DNA of 64,000 nt from an uncultured Gammaproteobacteria bacterium (GTDB lineage Bacteria; Pseudomonadota; Gammaproteobacteria; CAMYKB01). How positions within the stretch are numbered: the first letter of the stretch is position 1; each line of letters begins with the position of its first letter. Position numbers and translations under genes: made by a program. The notes under the pieces are model-generated. The model worked only from the letters and a program-made list of their open reading frames with translations. It was not told the DNA's origin and did no database searches. Shown one piece after another: positions 49,703-58,386 of the stretch. The stretch spans positions 52,081 through 116,080 of the forward strand of contig CAMYKB010000001.1 of the NCBI GenBank assembly GCA_947258875.1, given 5' to 3'.

Positions 49703-51031
49703 ATGGCAAAAAAAGCAGCTAAGAAGACAGTAAAGAAAAAGACCACGCGCAAGACCACAGCTAAAAAAGCAGAAGTCAAAAACGCGTTTTACGCGCAATC
49801 CGGCGGTGTCACCGCCGTCATCAATGCCTCGGCTTGTGGCGTAATCGAAACCGCGCGCAAGAACAAGGGCAAGATCGGCAAGGTCTATGCCGGTCGTAAC
49901 GGTATTATTGGGGCACTCACTGAAGACCTGATCGACACCAGCAAGGAAAGCGCTGCTGCGATCCGCGCCCTGCGCCACACCCCTTCCGGTGCCTTTGGCT
50001 CCTGTCGCTATAAATTGAAAAGCCTGGAAGAAAACCGCCGCGAATACGAACGCCTGATCGAAGTCTTTGAGGCCCACAACATCGGTTACTTCTTCTATAA
50101 CGGCGGTGGCGATTCTGCCGACACCTGCCACAAGATCTCGCAGCTCTCCAAGTCCATGAATTACCCGATCCAGGCGATCCACGTACCCAAAACCGTGGAC
50201 AACGATCTACCGATCACCGACAACTGCCCCGGCTTTGGTTCGGTTGCCAAATACATCGCGGTCTCCACCCGTGAAGCCAGCTTCGACGTGGCCTCCATGG
50301 CCAAGACCTCAACCAAGGTATTCGTGCTGGAAGTGATGGGCCGCCATGCCGGCTGGATTGCCGCTGCCGGTGCATTGGCTTCCGACAAGGACACTGAAAT
50401 TCCGGTCGTCATCCTGTTCCCGGAAGTGCCTTTCGACCAGGCGAAATTCCTCAAGCGCGTTGATGATCTGGTGAAGAAACACGGCTACTGCTCAGTAGTG
50501 GTTTCCGAAGGTGTGAAAGGCCCGGACGGCAAGTTCCTCTCCGACCAGGGCCTGGTCGACGCCTTCGGCCATGCACAACTCGGTGGTGCCGCACCGGTGG
50601 TCGCCAATATGATCAAAGACGGCCTGGGTCTTAAATACCACTGGGGTGTTGCCGACTACCTGCAACGCGCTGCGCGTCACATCGCCTCCAAGACCGATGT
50701 CGATCAAGCCTACGCCATGGGCAAGGCCGCGGTACAGTTCGCACTCAAGGGCGAGAACGCCATCATGCCTACCATCGTGCGTAAATCCAACAAGCCGTAC
50801 AAATGGGCTGTGGGTAAAGCACCGCTGAGCAAGGTCGCCAACGTCGAAAAGATGATGCCCAAGAACTACATCAGCAAGGACGGCTTCGGCATCACCACCG
50901 CCTGCCGCAATTATTTAACGCCGCTGATCAAGGGCGAAGACTATCCTCCCTATAAGGATGGCATGCCCAAGTACGTGCGCTTGAAAAATGTCGCCGTGCC
51001 GAAAAAACTCAAAAACAAGTTTGAACTCTAA
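49703..51031 (+). CDS. pfp: 6-phosphofructokinase, probably PPi-dependent, with Lys-rich N-terminal tail
   Basis: QSGG, NGGGDS (Asp), PKTVDND and EVMGR motifs. Confidence 0.9.
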   Translation: MAKKAAKKTVKKKTTRKTTAKKAEVKNAFYAQSGGVTAVINASACGVIETARKNKGKIGKVYAGRNGIIGALTEDLIDTSKESAAAIRALRHTPSGAFGSCRYKLKSLEENRREYERLIEVFEAHNIGYFFYNGGGDSADTCHKISQLSKSMNYPIQAIHVPKTVDNDLPITDNCPGFGSVAKYIAVSTREASFDVASMAKTSTKVFVLEVMGRHAGWIAAAGALASDKDTEIPVVILFPEVPFDQAKFLKRVDDLVKKHGYCSVVVSEGVKGPDGKFLSDQGLVDAFGHAQLGGAAPVVANMIKDGLGLKYHWGVADYLQRAARHIASKTDVDQAYAMGKAAVQFALKGENAIMPTIVRKSNKPYKWAVGKAPLSKVANVEKMMPKNYISKDGFGITTACRNYLTPLIKGEDYPPYKDGMPKYVRLKNVAVPKKLKNKFEL

Positions 51032-51054
51032 ACACTTGCCAGGGACATAACGGC

Positions 51055-51252
51055 ATGACGCTGGACAAAGCACGCGAATTACTCGAAAAACAGGCCCAGG
51101 TTGCAGGTGGCTACACCCGCAACGGCGCGCGCCTTATTCTTGCAGAAGTCCTAAAGGAACACGGCCAGAGTGCTGTGGATAGCCTGATCAGGGAATTGAA
51201 TCTGGAAGAAACATTTGGGTTTAAGGAAGGCACAGTGTTTAAGGGTTTTTAG
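51055..51252 (+). CDS. Small hypothetical protein
   Basis: 65-aa ORF directly after pfp and before a terminator. Confidence 0.7.
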   Translation: MTLDKARELLEKQAQVAGGYTRNGARLILAEVLKEHGQSAVDSLIRELNLEETFGFKEGTVFKGF

Positions 51253-51280
51253 TCTGCACCCTATAACAACATTTTATTGG

Positions 51281-51305
51281 AAGGCCCGCTATGCGGGCCT
51301 TTTTT
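51281..51305 (+). terminator. Intrinsic terminator
   Basis: AAGGCCCGC-TAT-GCGGGCCTT-TTTT. Confidence 0.85.
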
Positions 51306-51321
51306 ATCTCCAACCCTGCTT

Positions 51322-51347
51322 GTCGTTCCCGCGCAGGCGGGAACCGA
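51322..51347 (+). repeat. REP-like palindrome
   Basis: GTCGTTCCCGCGCAGGCGGGAACCGA, same family as 44191. Confidence 0.65.
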
Positions 51348-51526
51348 GTAGAAAACAGAGCGTAGGTAAAGGGGTCACGAGAGGTAAAGGAGTAAGATCA
51401 GAGCCCTTTAACAATAAGCCTGCCAGGTGGTAACTACGGTCTGACTCGAATTAATCATCAATAACAACGTACCAGGCCGCGTAGATACCCTACGCGGCCT
51501 GGTTTCGTTGAAATATAAAATCGGAA

Positions 51527-51865
51527 TTAACTGCAGCCTTTAGGCCGTGGCAATCCTGCGATTTTATTCGCACACTTGATCAGGCCGGTAGGGAATAAAG
51601 AGTAAATGTATTTCTGGTCGCTGCGGTCCTTGCCGTATTTCTTTTTCATGATTTTGGAAAACGCGCGTGGCTCACAGACGACGCCGTTGTCCTTAAAGTA
51701 ATCACGCGCCTCATTGATGATGTCCCAGTGTTCCTCAGTGAGGCTCTCAATCTTCTCGTTTTTAGCGATCTCGACAGCGAGGTCTTCGTTCCACTCATCC
51801 AGGTTTTCCAGCCAACCTGCTTCACTCAACTGCACCACTTGCCCGTTCACTTCTGCTTGCATCAT
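51527..51865 (-). CDS. TusE/DsrC/DsvC family sulfur-relay protein
   Basis: GWL...WNE, LTEEHW, LFP and KIAGLPRPKGC motifs. Confidence 0.9.
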   Translation of the reverse strand: MMQAEVNGQVVQLSEAGWLENLDEWNEDLAVEIAKNEKIESLTEEHWDIINEARDYFKDNGVVCEPRAFSKIMKKKYGKDRSDQKYIYSLFPTGLIKCANKIAGLPRPKGCS

Positions 51866-51945
51866 TCCGCCTCAATCAATAACTTAGTAAATTAGTCGGG
51901 TATTATATCCGAGCGACCTCTTGACAGCAATGGCCCGGTATATTA

Positions 51946-51974
51946 ATTTCTGTAGTTACAGAAATAACTGAAAT
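51946..51974 (+). promoter_or_regulatory. Operator 1 of the GbsR/MarR-type regulator
   Basis: ATTTCTGT-agtt-ACAGAAAT-AACTGAAAT, downstream of TTGACA at 51921. Confidence 0.75.
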
Positions 51975-51987
51975 CTATATTAGACAT

Positions 51988-52539
51988 ATGAAACTCACAC
52001 CCTTACAGCAACGCTTTGTGCTTCATTGGGGCGAAATGGGCAGCCGATGGGGGGTCAACCGCACCATCGGGCAGATCCACGCGTTGCTGTTTCTAAGCGA
52101 TAAGCCTTTGAATGCCGAGGAAATCACAGAAGCGCTTTCTGTGGCACGCTCGAATGTCAGCACCAGTTTGAAGGAGCTCCAGTCCTTTGACCTGGTGCGT
52201 GTGGTACACGTAATGGGAGATCGCCGCGACCACTTTGAGGCGGAGCAGGATACCTGGGAAATCTTCAAACGCGTGGTGGCGGAGCGTCGCCGCCGCGAGA
52301 TTGACCCCACCCTATCAATGCTGCGTAACGCCTTGCTTGAAACCGCCGAGACCTCTGAAGACACGAAGACCCAGACAAAATTGCGCGAGCTTCATGACTT
52401 CCTTGATGATGGCACACGTTGGCTGGATGAGGTCGAGCGCCTCTCGCCTGAAACACTGATGAAGATCATGAAAATGGGTTCCCGTATCCAAAATGTGATT
52501 CGTGGCGGTAAAACCGACAGCAATAAGAAAACCGCTTAA
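51988..52539 (+). CDS. GbsR/MarR family transcriptional regulator
   Basis: FVLHWGEMGSRWGVNRT, SNVSTSLKEL and RRDHF motifs. Confidence 0.9.
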   Translation: MKLTPLQQRFVLHWGEMGSRWGVNRTIGQIHALLFLSDKPLNAEEITEALSVARSNVSTSLKELQSFDLVRVVHVMGDRRDHFEAEQDTWEIFKRVVAERRRREIDPTLSMLRNALLETAETSEDTKTQTKLRELHDFLDDGTRWLDEVERLSPETLMKIMKMGSRIQNVIRGGKTDSNKKTA

Positions 52540-52555
52540 AAAAATTTAACCGGTT

Positions 52556-52584
52556 ATTTCTGTTTTGACAGAAATAACTGAAAT
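52556..52584 (+). promoter_or_regulatory. Operator 2 (near-identical to operator 1)
   Basis: ATTTCTGT-tttg-ACAGAAAT-AACTGAAAT. Confidence 0.75.
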
Positions 52585-52602
52585 AGAAACAGGAGAACCG
52601 TA

Positions 52603-53046
52603 ATGCACAACAACGACCGATTAGCCGAGCAATCACTCGTGTTCTATGACAAGGCCTGCCTTGTTTGCCGCGAGGAAATGCTACGGCTGAAAACTCGGGA
52701 CAAGGCAAATCGCATGCAACTGATCGATATAAGCGACACGGCGTTTGATGCAAGTGCATGGGGATTAAAGCAAGCCGCAGTGGAAGCAGCAATGCATGCA
52801 CGAACTCCGGATGGCCGATGGCTCATCGGCATGCCCGCAATTCGTCACGCGTATAGTCTGGCCGGTTTAGGCTGGGTGATGGCAGCCAGCGGCTGGCCCG
52901 TTATTGATCGTGTTGCCGACAAACTCTACCTGCGCTTTGCTGCAAACCGTCATGCCATCTCCCGCGGGTTTGCTGCGTTCGTACCAGCCACAGGGTGCCG
53001 CGATGGACAATGCAATGTTACGGACCATGAAATAAAGAAGGGATAA
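52603..53046 (+). CDS. DCC-family thiol-disulfide oxidoreductase (DUF393)
   Basis: FYDKACLVC and Y..FAANR motifs. Confidence 0.88.
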   Translation: MHNNDRLAEQSLVFYDKACLVCREEMLRLKTRDKANRMQLIDISDTAFDASAWGLKQAAVEAAMHARTPDGRWLIGMPAIRHAYSLAGLGWVMAASGWPVIDRVADKLYLRFAANRHAISRGFAAFVPATGCRDGQCNVTDHEIKKG

Positions 53047-53049
53047 CAC

Positions 53050-54480
53050 GTGATGAGCGATTTATTTCTCAACCTGCTGATTGCCCAGGCGTTGATGGGC
53101 GCATTCGATACGATTTATCACCACGAACTGAAAGTCGCACTCCCACGTTGCATCAACGCAAGCCAGGAACTTGCTATCCACGCCGTGCGCGCCCTGCTCT
53201 ATGCGGTGCTGTTCGCTGGCCTGGCCTGGTTTGAGTGGGGCGGGTTATGGGTCGTCGCGTTGGCGAGTATCGTTGTTGTGGAAGTCGTCTTAACGCTTTG
53301 GGATTTTGTGCTTGAAGACACAACGCGACTGCTACCCAAAACAGAACGCATCACGCACACAATACTTGCAATAAACGGCGGCGCTGTATTCCTGTTACTC
53401 GCCTTGATGTTGCCAGGATGGTTCGAGCGACCCACAGCATTTTATGCAATGGATTACGGCTGGCGCTCGTGGTTTCTCAGTGTTGCTGCGGTGGGCGTTG
53501 CATTGTCAGGTATAAGAGATGCGCTGGCTGCCTGGAGTGTACAACGCCTGAATCTGGATCTTGATCTGGACCTTGGGCAACCGCATTGCCGCTTGTTGAT
53601 ATCCGGCGGCACCGGCTTCATCGGCAGCGCACTCTGTCACGAGCTACTGCGCAAAGGTCATAACGTAACATTAATTACCCGGCGACCTGTTGCCGCCGCG
53701 ATTCAATTTGATGGGAAACTGCGCGCCCTGAGGAGCGTCACAGAGCTATCGGCTTACGAACACTTCGACGCCGTCATTAACCTCGCCGGCGCCCCTGTGG
53801 TGGGTCCACTGTGGACGAAGGCACGTAAAAAAATACTGCTCTCCAGCCGCCTGGATACCACTCAGGATCTACTGGATTTCGTGAAACAGGCACATACCCG
53901 CCCCGGTGTGTGGATCCAGGCGTCGGCGATTGGTTATTACGGCACACAGGCGCATACCGCTCTCCACGAGCAATCGCCGGGTGGCGACGGCTTCGCTGCA
54001 GATTTATGTAAACGCTGGGAAGGCCTGACCGATGAACTGGATGCATATTCTGTTCGCTGTGTGACATTACGTATGGGCATGGTATTCGGTCGCAGCGGTG
54101 GCTCACTGCCGCCGATGTTGTTGTCCTACCGCTTTGGCGCCGGGGCCGTGCTGGGAAATGGTAAACAGCATCTTGGATGGATACATATCGAAGACCTGCT
54201 GCGCCTGATTGCACAGTCTGTCACCGACCAATCACTGCATGGCGTACTCAATGCGGTAGCACCAGATAGCCCCACACATGCTGAATTCGCGCATCTGGCC
54301 GGACGGCTGTTGCAACGCCCCGTCTTACTACGCATACCGGCAAGCCTGCTGCGCAGACTGCTCGGTGAAATGGCTTCGTTGTTCGTCGACGGGCCACACA
54401 TCGTCCCGCGACGTTTGCAACACATGCAGTTTGAATATCGCTTTCCTGACTTACGTGTCGCGCTAATGGATTTGACATAA
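53050..54480 (+). CDS. TIGR01777/YfcH-like epimerase fused to an N-terminal membrane domain
   Basis: N-terminal GAFDTIYHHE TM domain; GGTGFIG, NLAG, SAIGYYG and WIHIED. Confidence 0.88.
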   Translation: MMSDLFLNLLIAQALMGAFDTIYHHELKVALPRCINASQELAIHAVRALLYAVLFAGLAWFEWGGLWVVALASIVVVEVVLTLWDFVLEDTTRLLPKTERITHTILAINGGAVFLLLALMLPGWFERPTAFYAMDYGWRSWFLSVAAVGVALSGIRDALAAWSVQRLNLDLDLDLGQPHCRLLISGGTGFIGSALCHELLRKGHNVTLITRRPVAAAIQFDGKLRALRSVTELSAYEHFDAVINLAGAPVVGPLWTKARKKILLSSRLDTTQDLLDFVKQAHTRPGVWIQASAIGYYGTQAHTALHEQSPGGDGFAADLCKRWEGLTDELDAYSVRCVTLRMGMVFGRSGGSLPPMLLSYRFGAGAVLGNGKQHLGWIHIEDLLRLIAQSVTDQSLHGVLNAVAPDSPTHAEFAHLAGRLLQRPVLLRIPASLLRRLLGEMASLFVDGPHIVPRRLQHMQFEYRFPDLRVALMDLT

Positions 54481-54494
54481 GGAGTGATTAACCC

Positions 54495-55178
54495 GTGGAT
54501 ACAATCGCACACACCGAATTATTGAAGCAACGCGCTGCGGCAGAATTCACTGGGGATGACGCGTCATTTACAGCAATCCTGCATCGCAGCCTGGGCAAGC
54601 AGGCATGGTCTCAACTCGAACCGGCCATCAGGTCACGCTTTGCGTCCTCGTTAACACACAACAGGTCTCTGTATTTTACCGGCATTATGCAAACCGTATA
54701 CTGCTCTCTACCTGGCGCGGTTATCGCCCGTATTATACGGCGCGCCGCTGTCCTGCCCGACCGCTGCGCACGCAATACACCGTTTACATTTCGCATTGGT
54801 GTACAGAATGATGAAATCGTTAAACAACGTGATTATATTTTTGATGACTACCAGCCTTTCACATTCCGTTCATTATTCCGCGAAACACCAGCACTTCATG
54901 AAGAATTTCGCGGCGGCATCGGAATGTACTTAAAACTGGCAGTAAAACGAGGCCAACTGCTATTCCGCGACCAAAATTACTTTTTGCGCATTGGTCGCTG
55001 GCGGATTTCGTTGCATCGCTGGCTGACAGTCGGCCGCTTCGAATTGATTCACCGCAACATCGACCCTGATCGATTTCAAATATTAATCCGTGTAACACAC
55101 CCATTACTTGGCACAGTGTTTTATCAACGTGGCGAGTTCAACGCTCACCATGATGACATATCAGCAACTACCCGCTAG
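54495..55178 (+). CDS. DUF4166-like protein
   Basis: LG..AW..L...IR.RF and C-terminal HPLLG..FYQRG.F. Confidence 0.75.
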   Translation: MDTIAHTELLKQRAAAEFTGDDASFTAILHRSLGKQAWSQLEPAIRSRFASSLTHNRSLYFTGIMQTVYCSLPGAVIARIIRRAAVLPDRCARNTPFTFRIGVQNDEIVKQRDYIFDDYQPFTFRSLFRETPALHEEFRGGIGMYLKLAVKRGQLLFRDQNYFLRIGRWRISLHRWLTVGRFELIHRNIDPDRFQILIRVTHPLLGTVFYQRGEFNAHHDDISATTR

Positions 55179-55676
55179 TCCATCCAAATACTGCACACAA
55201 AAAAAGCCCGCTGAAATATCTCGGGCCCCCATTAATTACTGTACTATTAACACTAAGTGAATAAAGCCTGTTTCTTTAGCGTATGTCTGACAGGCAGAAA
55301 ATGAGGCCACATCACGAGTGTCTGCGGCCCCAAGTCGATCTGTTACAGAGCAAGATGGGGCTGTGAATTCACCTGGGAGCCGCCACAGGAGTAGGCGAAA
55401 CCACACACACCAGCATATGGCATTTCCAGCAGGCGTTTAATTTGCTAAATTTGACATCTGCATCCTTGCGACTAAGGGCGTTTGCGACTCGTTAAGCGAA
55501 TAGGACAGCATGCCATAGTCAGCAGTACGCACATCATTGCCAGATGCCTGATCAATGGCCTACTGCGGGTTTGTTTGCTGATATGCGCCGATATTCCAGG
55601 CGAGACTCAAACTGCCCTACGTTTGCGAACGATCAAGTAAAACCCTGTTCCACGGTCTAATCCAAGGATTGAGCTG

Positions 55677-57029
55677 ATGACCCATAAACGCGCATTGATC
55701 GTCGATGATTCACGCTCAGCCCGAGTGGCTTTGCAACGAATGCTGGAGGAGCATGCGCTGGATGTCGAAACCGCCGAATCTGCTGAACAAGCCCTTGAGT
55801 ATCTGAGTAATCACAGCCCAGATGTCATTTTCATGGACCACATGATGCCGGGCATGGATGGCTTTGAGGCGGTCAAAGCCATCAAGGACAATCCGCTTAC
55901 AGCAACCATCCCGATCATGATGTATACCTCCAAGCAAGGTGAAGTCTACGTTGGCCAGGCGCGGGCGTTGGGTGCTGTTGGCGTTCTGCCGAAGCAGATT
56001 GAAGCGGTTGATGTAATCAGGGTGCTCGAATCACTGCACCTCATACCGACAGAAACAGCTGCAACCAGCCAAGATGACACCCACCTGGAGACAGGTGATA
56101 CCAGCCATCAACAAACCTCTCTCAATGATACGGATCAGGGCTTGCATGAGATGATCCAGGAGTTGTTCCGGCAACAGCGAGCGATACTGCGCCGTGACTT
56201 TCTAGATAGCTATGAAGAGATTGCGGCGCGCGCCGCCATAGAAACCAAAAATCCCGCGTTACCAGAACCACCGGACTACGCAGTTGATCCGCTAAGGCCT
56301 GAAGCCGCGCGCTCCTCGTTCCTGACAACAGCCATGATCACCGTCCTGGCTGTGATGACCCTTGCATTCGCAAAACTGTATTGGGACATGAAAGACCGCT
56401 GGCAAAGCCAGAGCGAACGATTAGCTGAAGTCATCCAACAACAATCGTTGGTATCAGACAACGCTACACAGGCGCAACTTTTATTTGCGCAGTCCCGCGA
56501 AAGTAGTAGCTCCACTTCACCGCAAGTTCTGGAAGCCGTGCAATGGGCATTCAATAACAGTGGTGAATACGCATGGGATGAGACCCCACTCGATGATACA
56601 CGGCGTAAAACGATCGAAGAACTGGTAGATAAACTGCAGGCGCTTGGTTTCAGCGGGCAGATCAACATCAGCACTCACGTTGGCGACTTCTGCATGACCC
56701 AGGATACTGACGGTACTGAAATTCTCGCACCACCGGACTTGCCAGCAAGTGAATGCAGACGTCTTGGCTTTTCACCAGGTGAAGCTATTCAGCTCGGCAG
56801 CCGTCAATCGGATAGCTTTGCCAATTTTATAAGCAATTTTTCTGAACGCACCAATGCTGCTATTACCATCAGGACCTCAACGACCGGCAATATTTCGCCA
56901 CTGGTTCTTTATCCACCACTAACAAACACCATGACAGCGGACGAGTGGAACCGCATCGCCGCCAAAAACAATCGGATTGTCATTACGTTAACTGAAAAAG
57001 AAACTCGGGCAAAAATCTATGAAAGATGA
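55677..57029 (+). CDS. Receiver domain-TM-periplasmic OmpA/MotB-like protein
   Basis: IVDDS, FMDHMMPG, YTS and LPK receiver motifs; one TM segment; C-terminal ...LGSRQS...NNRIVITL. Confidence 0.8.
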   Translation: MTHKRALIVDDSRSARVALQRMLEEHALDVETAESAEQALEYLSNHSPDVIFMDHMMPGMDGFEAVKAIKDNPLTATIPIMMYTSKQGEVYVGQARALGAVGVLPKQIEAVDVIRVLESLHLIPTETAATSQDDTHLETGDTSHQQTSLNDTDQGLHEMIQELFRQQRAILRRDFLDSYEEIAARAAIETKNPALPEPPDYAVDPLRPEAARSSFLTTAMITVLAVMTLAFAKLYWDMKDRWQSQSERLAEVIQQQSLVSDNATQAQLLFAQSRESSSSTSPQVLEAVQWAFNNSGEYAWDETPLDDTRRKTIEELVDKLQALGFSGQINISTHVGDFCMTQDTDGTEILAPPDLPASECRRLGFSPGEAIQLGSRQSDSFANFISNFSERTNAAITIRTSTTGNISPLVLYPPLTNTMTADEWNRIAAKNNRIVITLTEKETRAKIYER

Positions 57030-57948
57030 ACACACCAGCGCGCTGGCAGAACTTGCCGGGGGGCGAGAAACCCAGCAGCTTGCCACCGACAGCGAGATAG
57101 AAAACCTCGGCAAGGGAAAGATATTTGCCGATGCCAACTACCCTTACACACTAAAGATGAAACGCAAAGAGTACGAGGCGGAAAAGCAGAATCTACAGAT
57201 CGAGTTACTCAAGATGCAAGGTTGGGTCAAGGAAACCAAACAGCGGATCATGCTGCTCTGCGAGGGCCGGGACGCAGCTGGCAAGGGCGGCACCATCAAG
57301 CGCTTCATGGAACACCTCAACCCGCGTGGCGCCCGCGTCGTGGCGCTTGAGAAACCATCCGAGGAGGAACTGGGCCAGTGGTACTTCCAGCGTTATATCG
57401 CCCACCTGCCGACAGCCGGTGAAATCGTCCTGTTCGACCGCTCCTGGTACAACCGTTCCGGTGTGGAGCGTGTCATGAATTTCTGTCAGGCCGGTGAATA
57501 CCTGGAATTCATGCGCCAGGCGCCGGAACTGGAGCGCATGCTGGTAAGGAGCGGCATCAAACTCTTCAAGCTATGGTTCTCAGTCAGTCGTAATGAACAG
57601 TTCCGCCGCTTCCAGGGCCGCCAGCACGATCCGCTGAAGCAGTGGAAGCTGAGCCCGATCGATATGGCATCCTTGGATAAGTGGCAAAAATACACCGAGG
57701 CGAAGGAGGCCATGTTCTTCTATACCGATACGGCCGACGCACCCTGGACGGTCGTCAAGTCAGACTGCAAGAAGCGCGCTAGGCTGAATGCCATGCGTTT
57801 TGTACTGCACAGCCTGGACTACCCAAACAAGAACACGGATGTTGTGACGCCGGCCGACCCACTGATCGTAGGATCGGCAAAGAATATCTATGAAAGGGGC
57901 GAGCATTACCTCGAGAGCAGCCCGCTGGAAATCGAAACAGGGGAATAA
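57019..57948 (+). CDS. ppk2: Polyphosphate kinase 2
   Basis: EGRDAAGKGG, FDRSWYNR and WKLSP motifs. Confidence 0.96.
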   Translation: MKDEHTSALAELAGGRETQQLATDSEIENLGKGKIFADANYPYTLKMKRKEYEAEKQNLQIELLKMQGWVKETKQRIMLLCEGRDAAGKGGTIKRFMEHLNPRGARVVALEKPSEEELGQWYFQRYIAHLPTAGEIVLFDRSWYNRSGVERVMNFCQAGEYLEFMRQAPELERMLVRSGIKLFKLWFSVSRNEQFRRFQGRQHDPLKQWKLSPIDMASLDKWQKYTEAKEAMFFYTDTADAPWTVVKSDCKKRARLNAMRFVLHSLDYPNKNTDVVTPADPLIVGSAKNIYERGEHYLESSPLEIETGE

Positions 57949-57950
57949 AC

Positions 57951-58166
57951 ATGCAACAGGCAAAACATGCAGAGGCAATGGTCAATAGGTTTCGTGAGCT
58001 GGTGGAGGATGCCGGGGACAGTCTGCCCGCAAACCACTACAACGAACTCAAGCTGATTATCGAGGCTGGCCTGGATACCGCGCTGCTTGAATCGATGCAG
58101 AAGATCGCCGGCAGTCTCAACAATCTCGCGCACGACATCCAGCACAATGCCGAGTTCTTTGAGTGA
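57951..58166 (+). CDS. Small hypothetical helical protein
   Basis: 71-aa ORF 2 nt after the ppk2 stop. Confidence 0.7.
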   Translation: MQQAKHAEAMVNRFRELVEDAGDSLPANHYNELKLIIEAGLDTALLESMQKIAGSLNNLAHDIQHNAEFFE

Positions 58167-58386
58167 CACAGTCCACGAGCTGACTAGCATTTGTTGATAT
58201 ATGGACCGCCTGGTCCAATCATCCACCTCACGGCTATCGGTAGACCGCCCGGATCACCCAAAGCCACGTCACGACACCGCACGGCTTCGGGCGGTCTTAC
58301 AATGACATTAGTATAAAATTTGATGTTAATCGCTATGAGCGTAGCTGCTACCATCAACACTTAGCGCTTCAGATCTAAAACATAGG

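Noticed and set aside
51361-51450. Degenerate GGGGTCAGA/TCTGACCCC-type repeat (and a similar remnant near 58245-58306)
   Set aside because: Too eroded to delimit or assign confidently.
55200-55676. Riboswitch or sRNA in the long intergenic region
   Set aside because: No recognisable aptamer core. It could be a degraded gene, but I cannot support a call.
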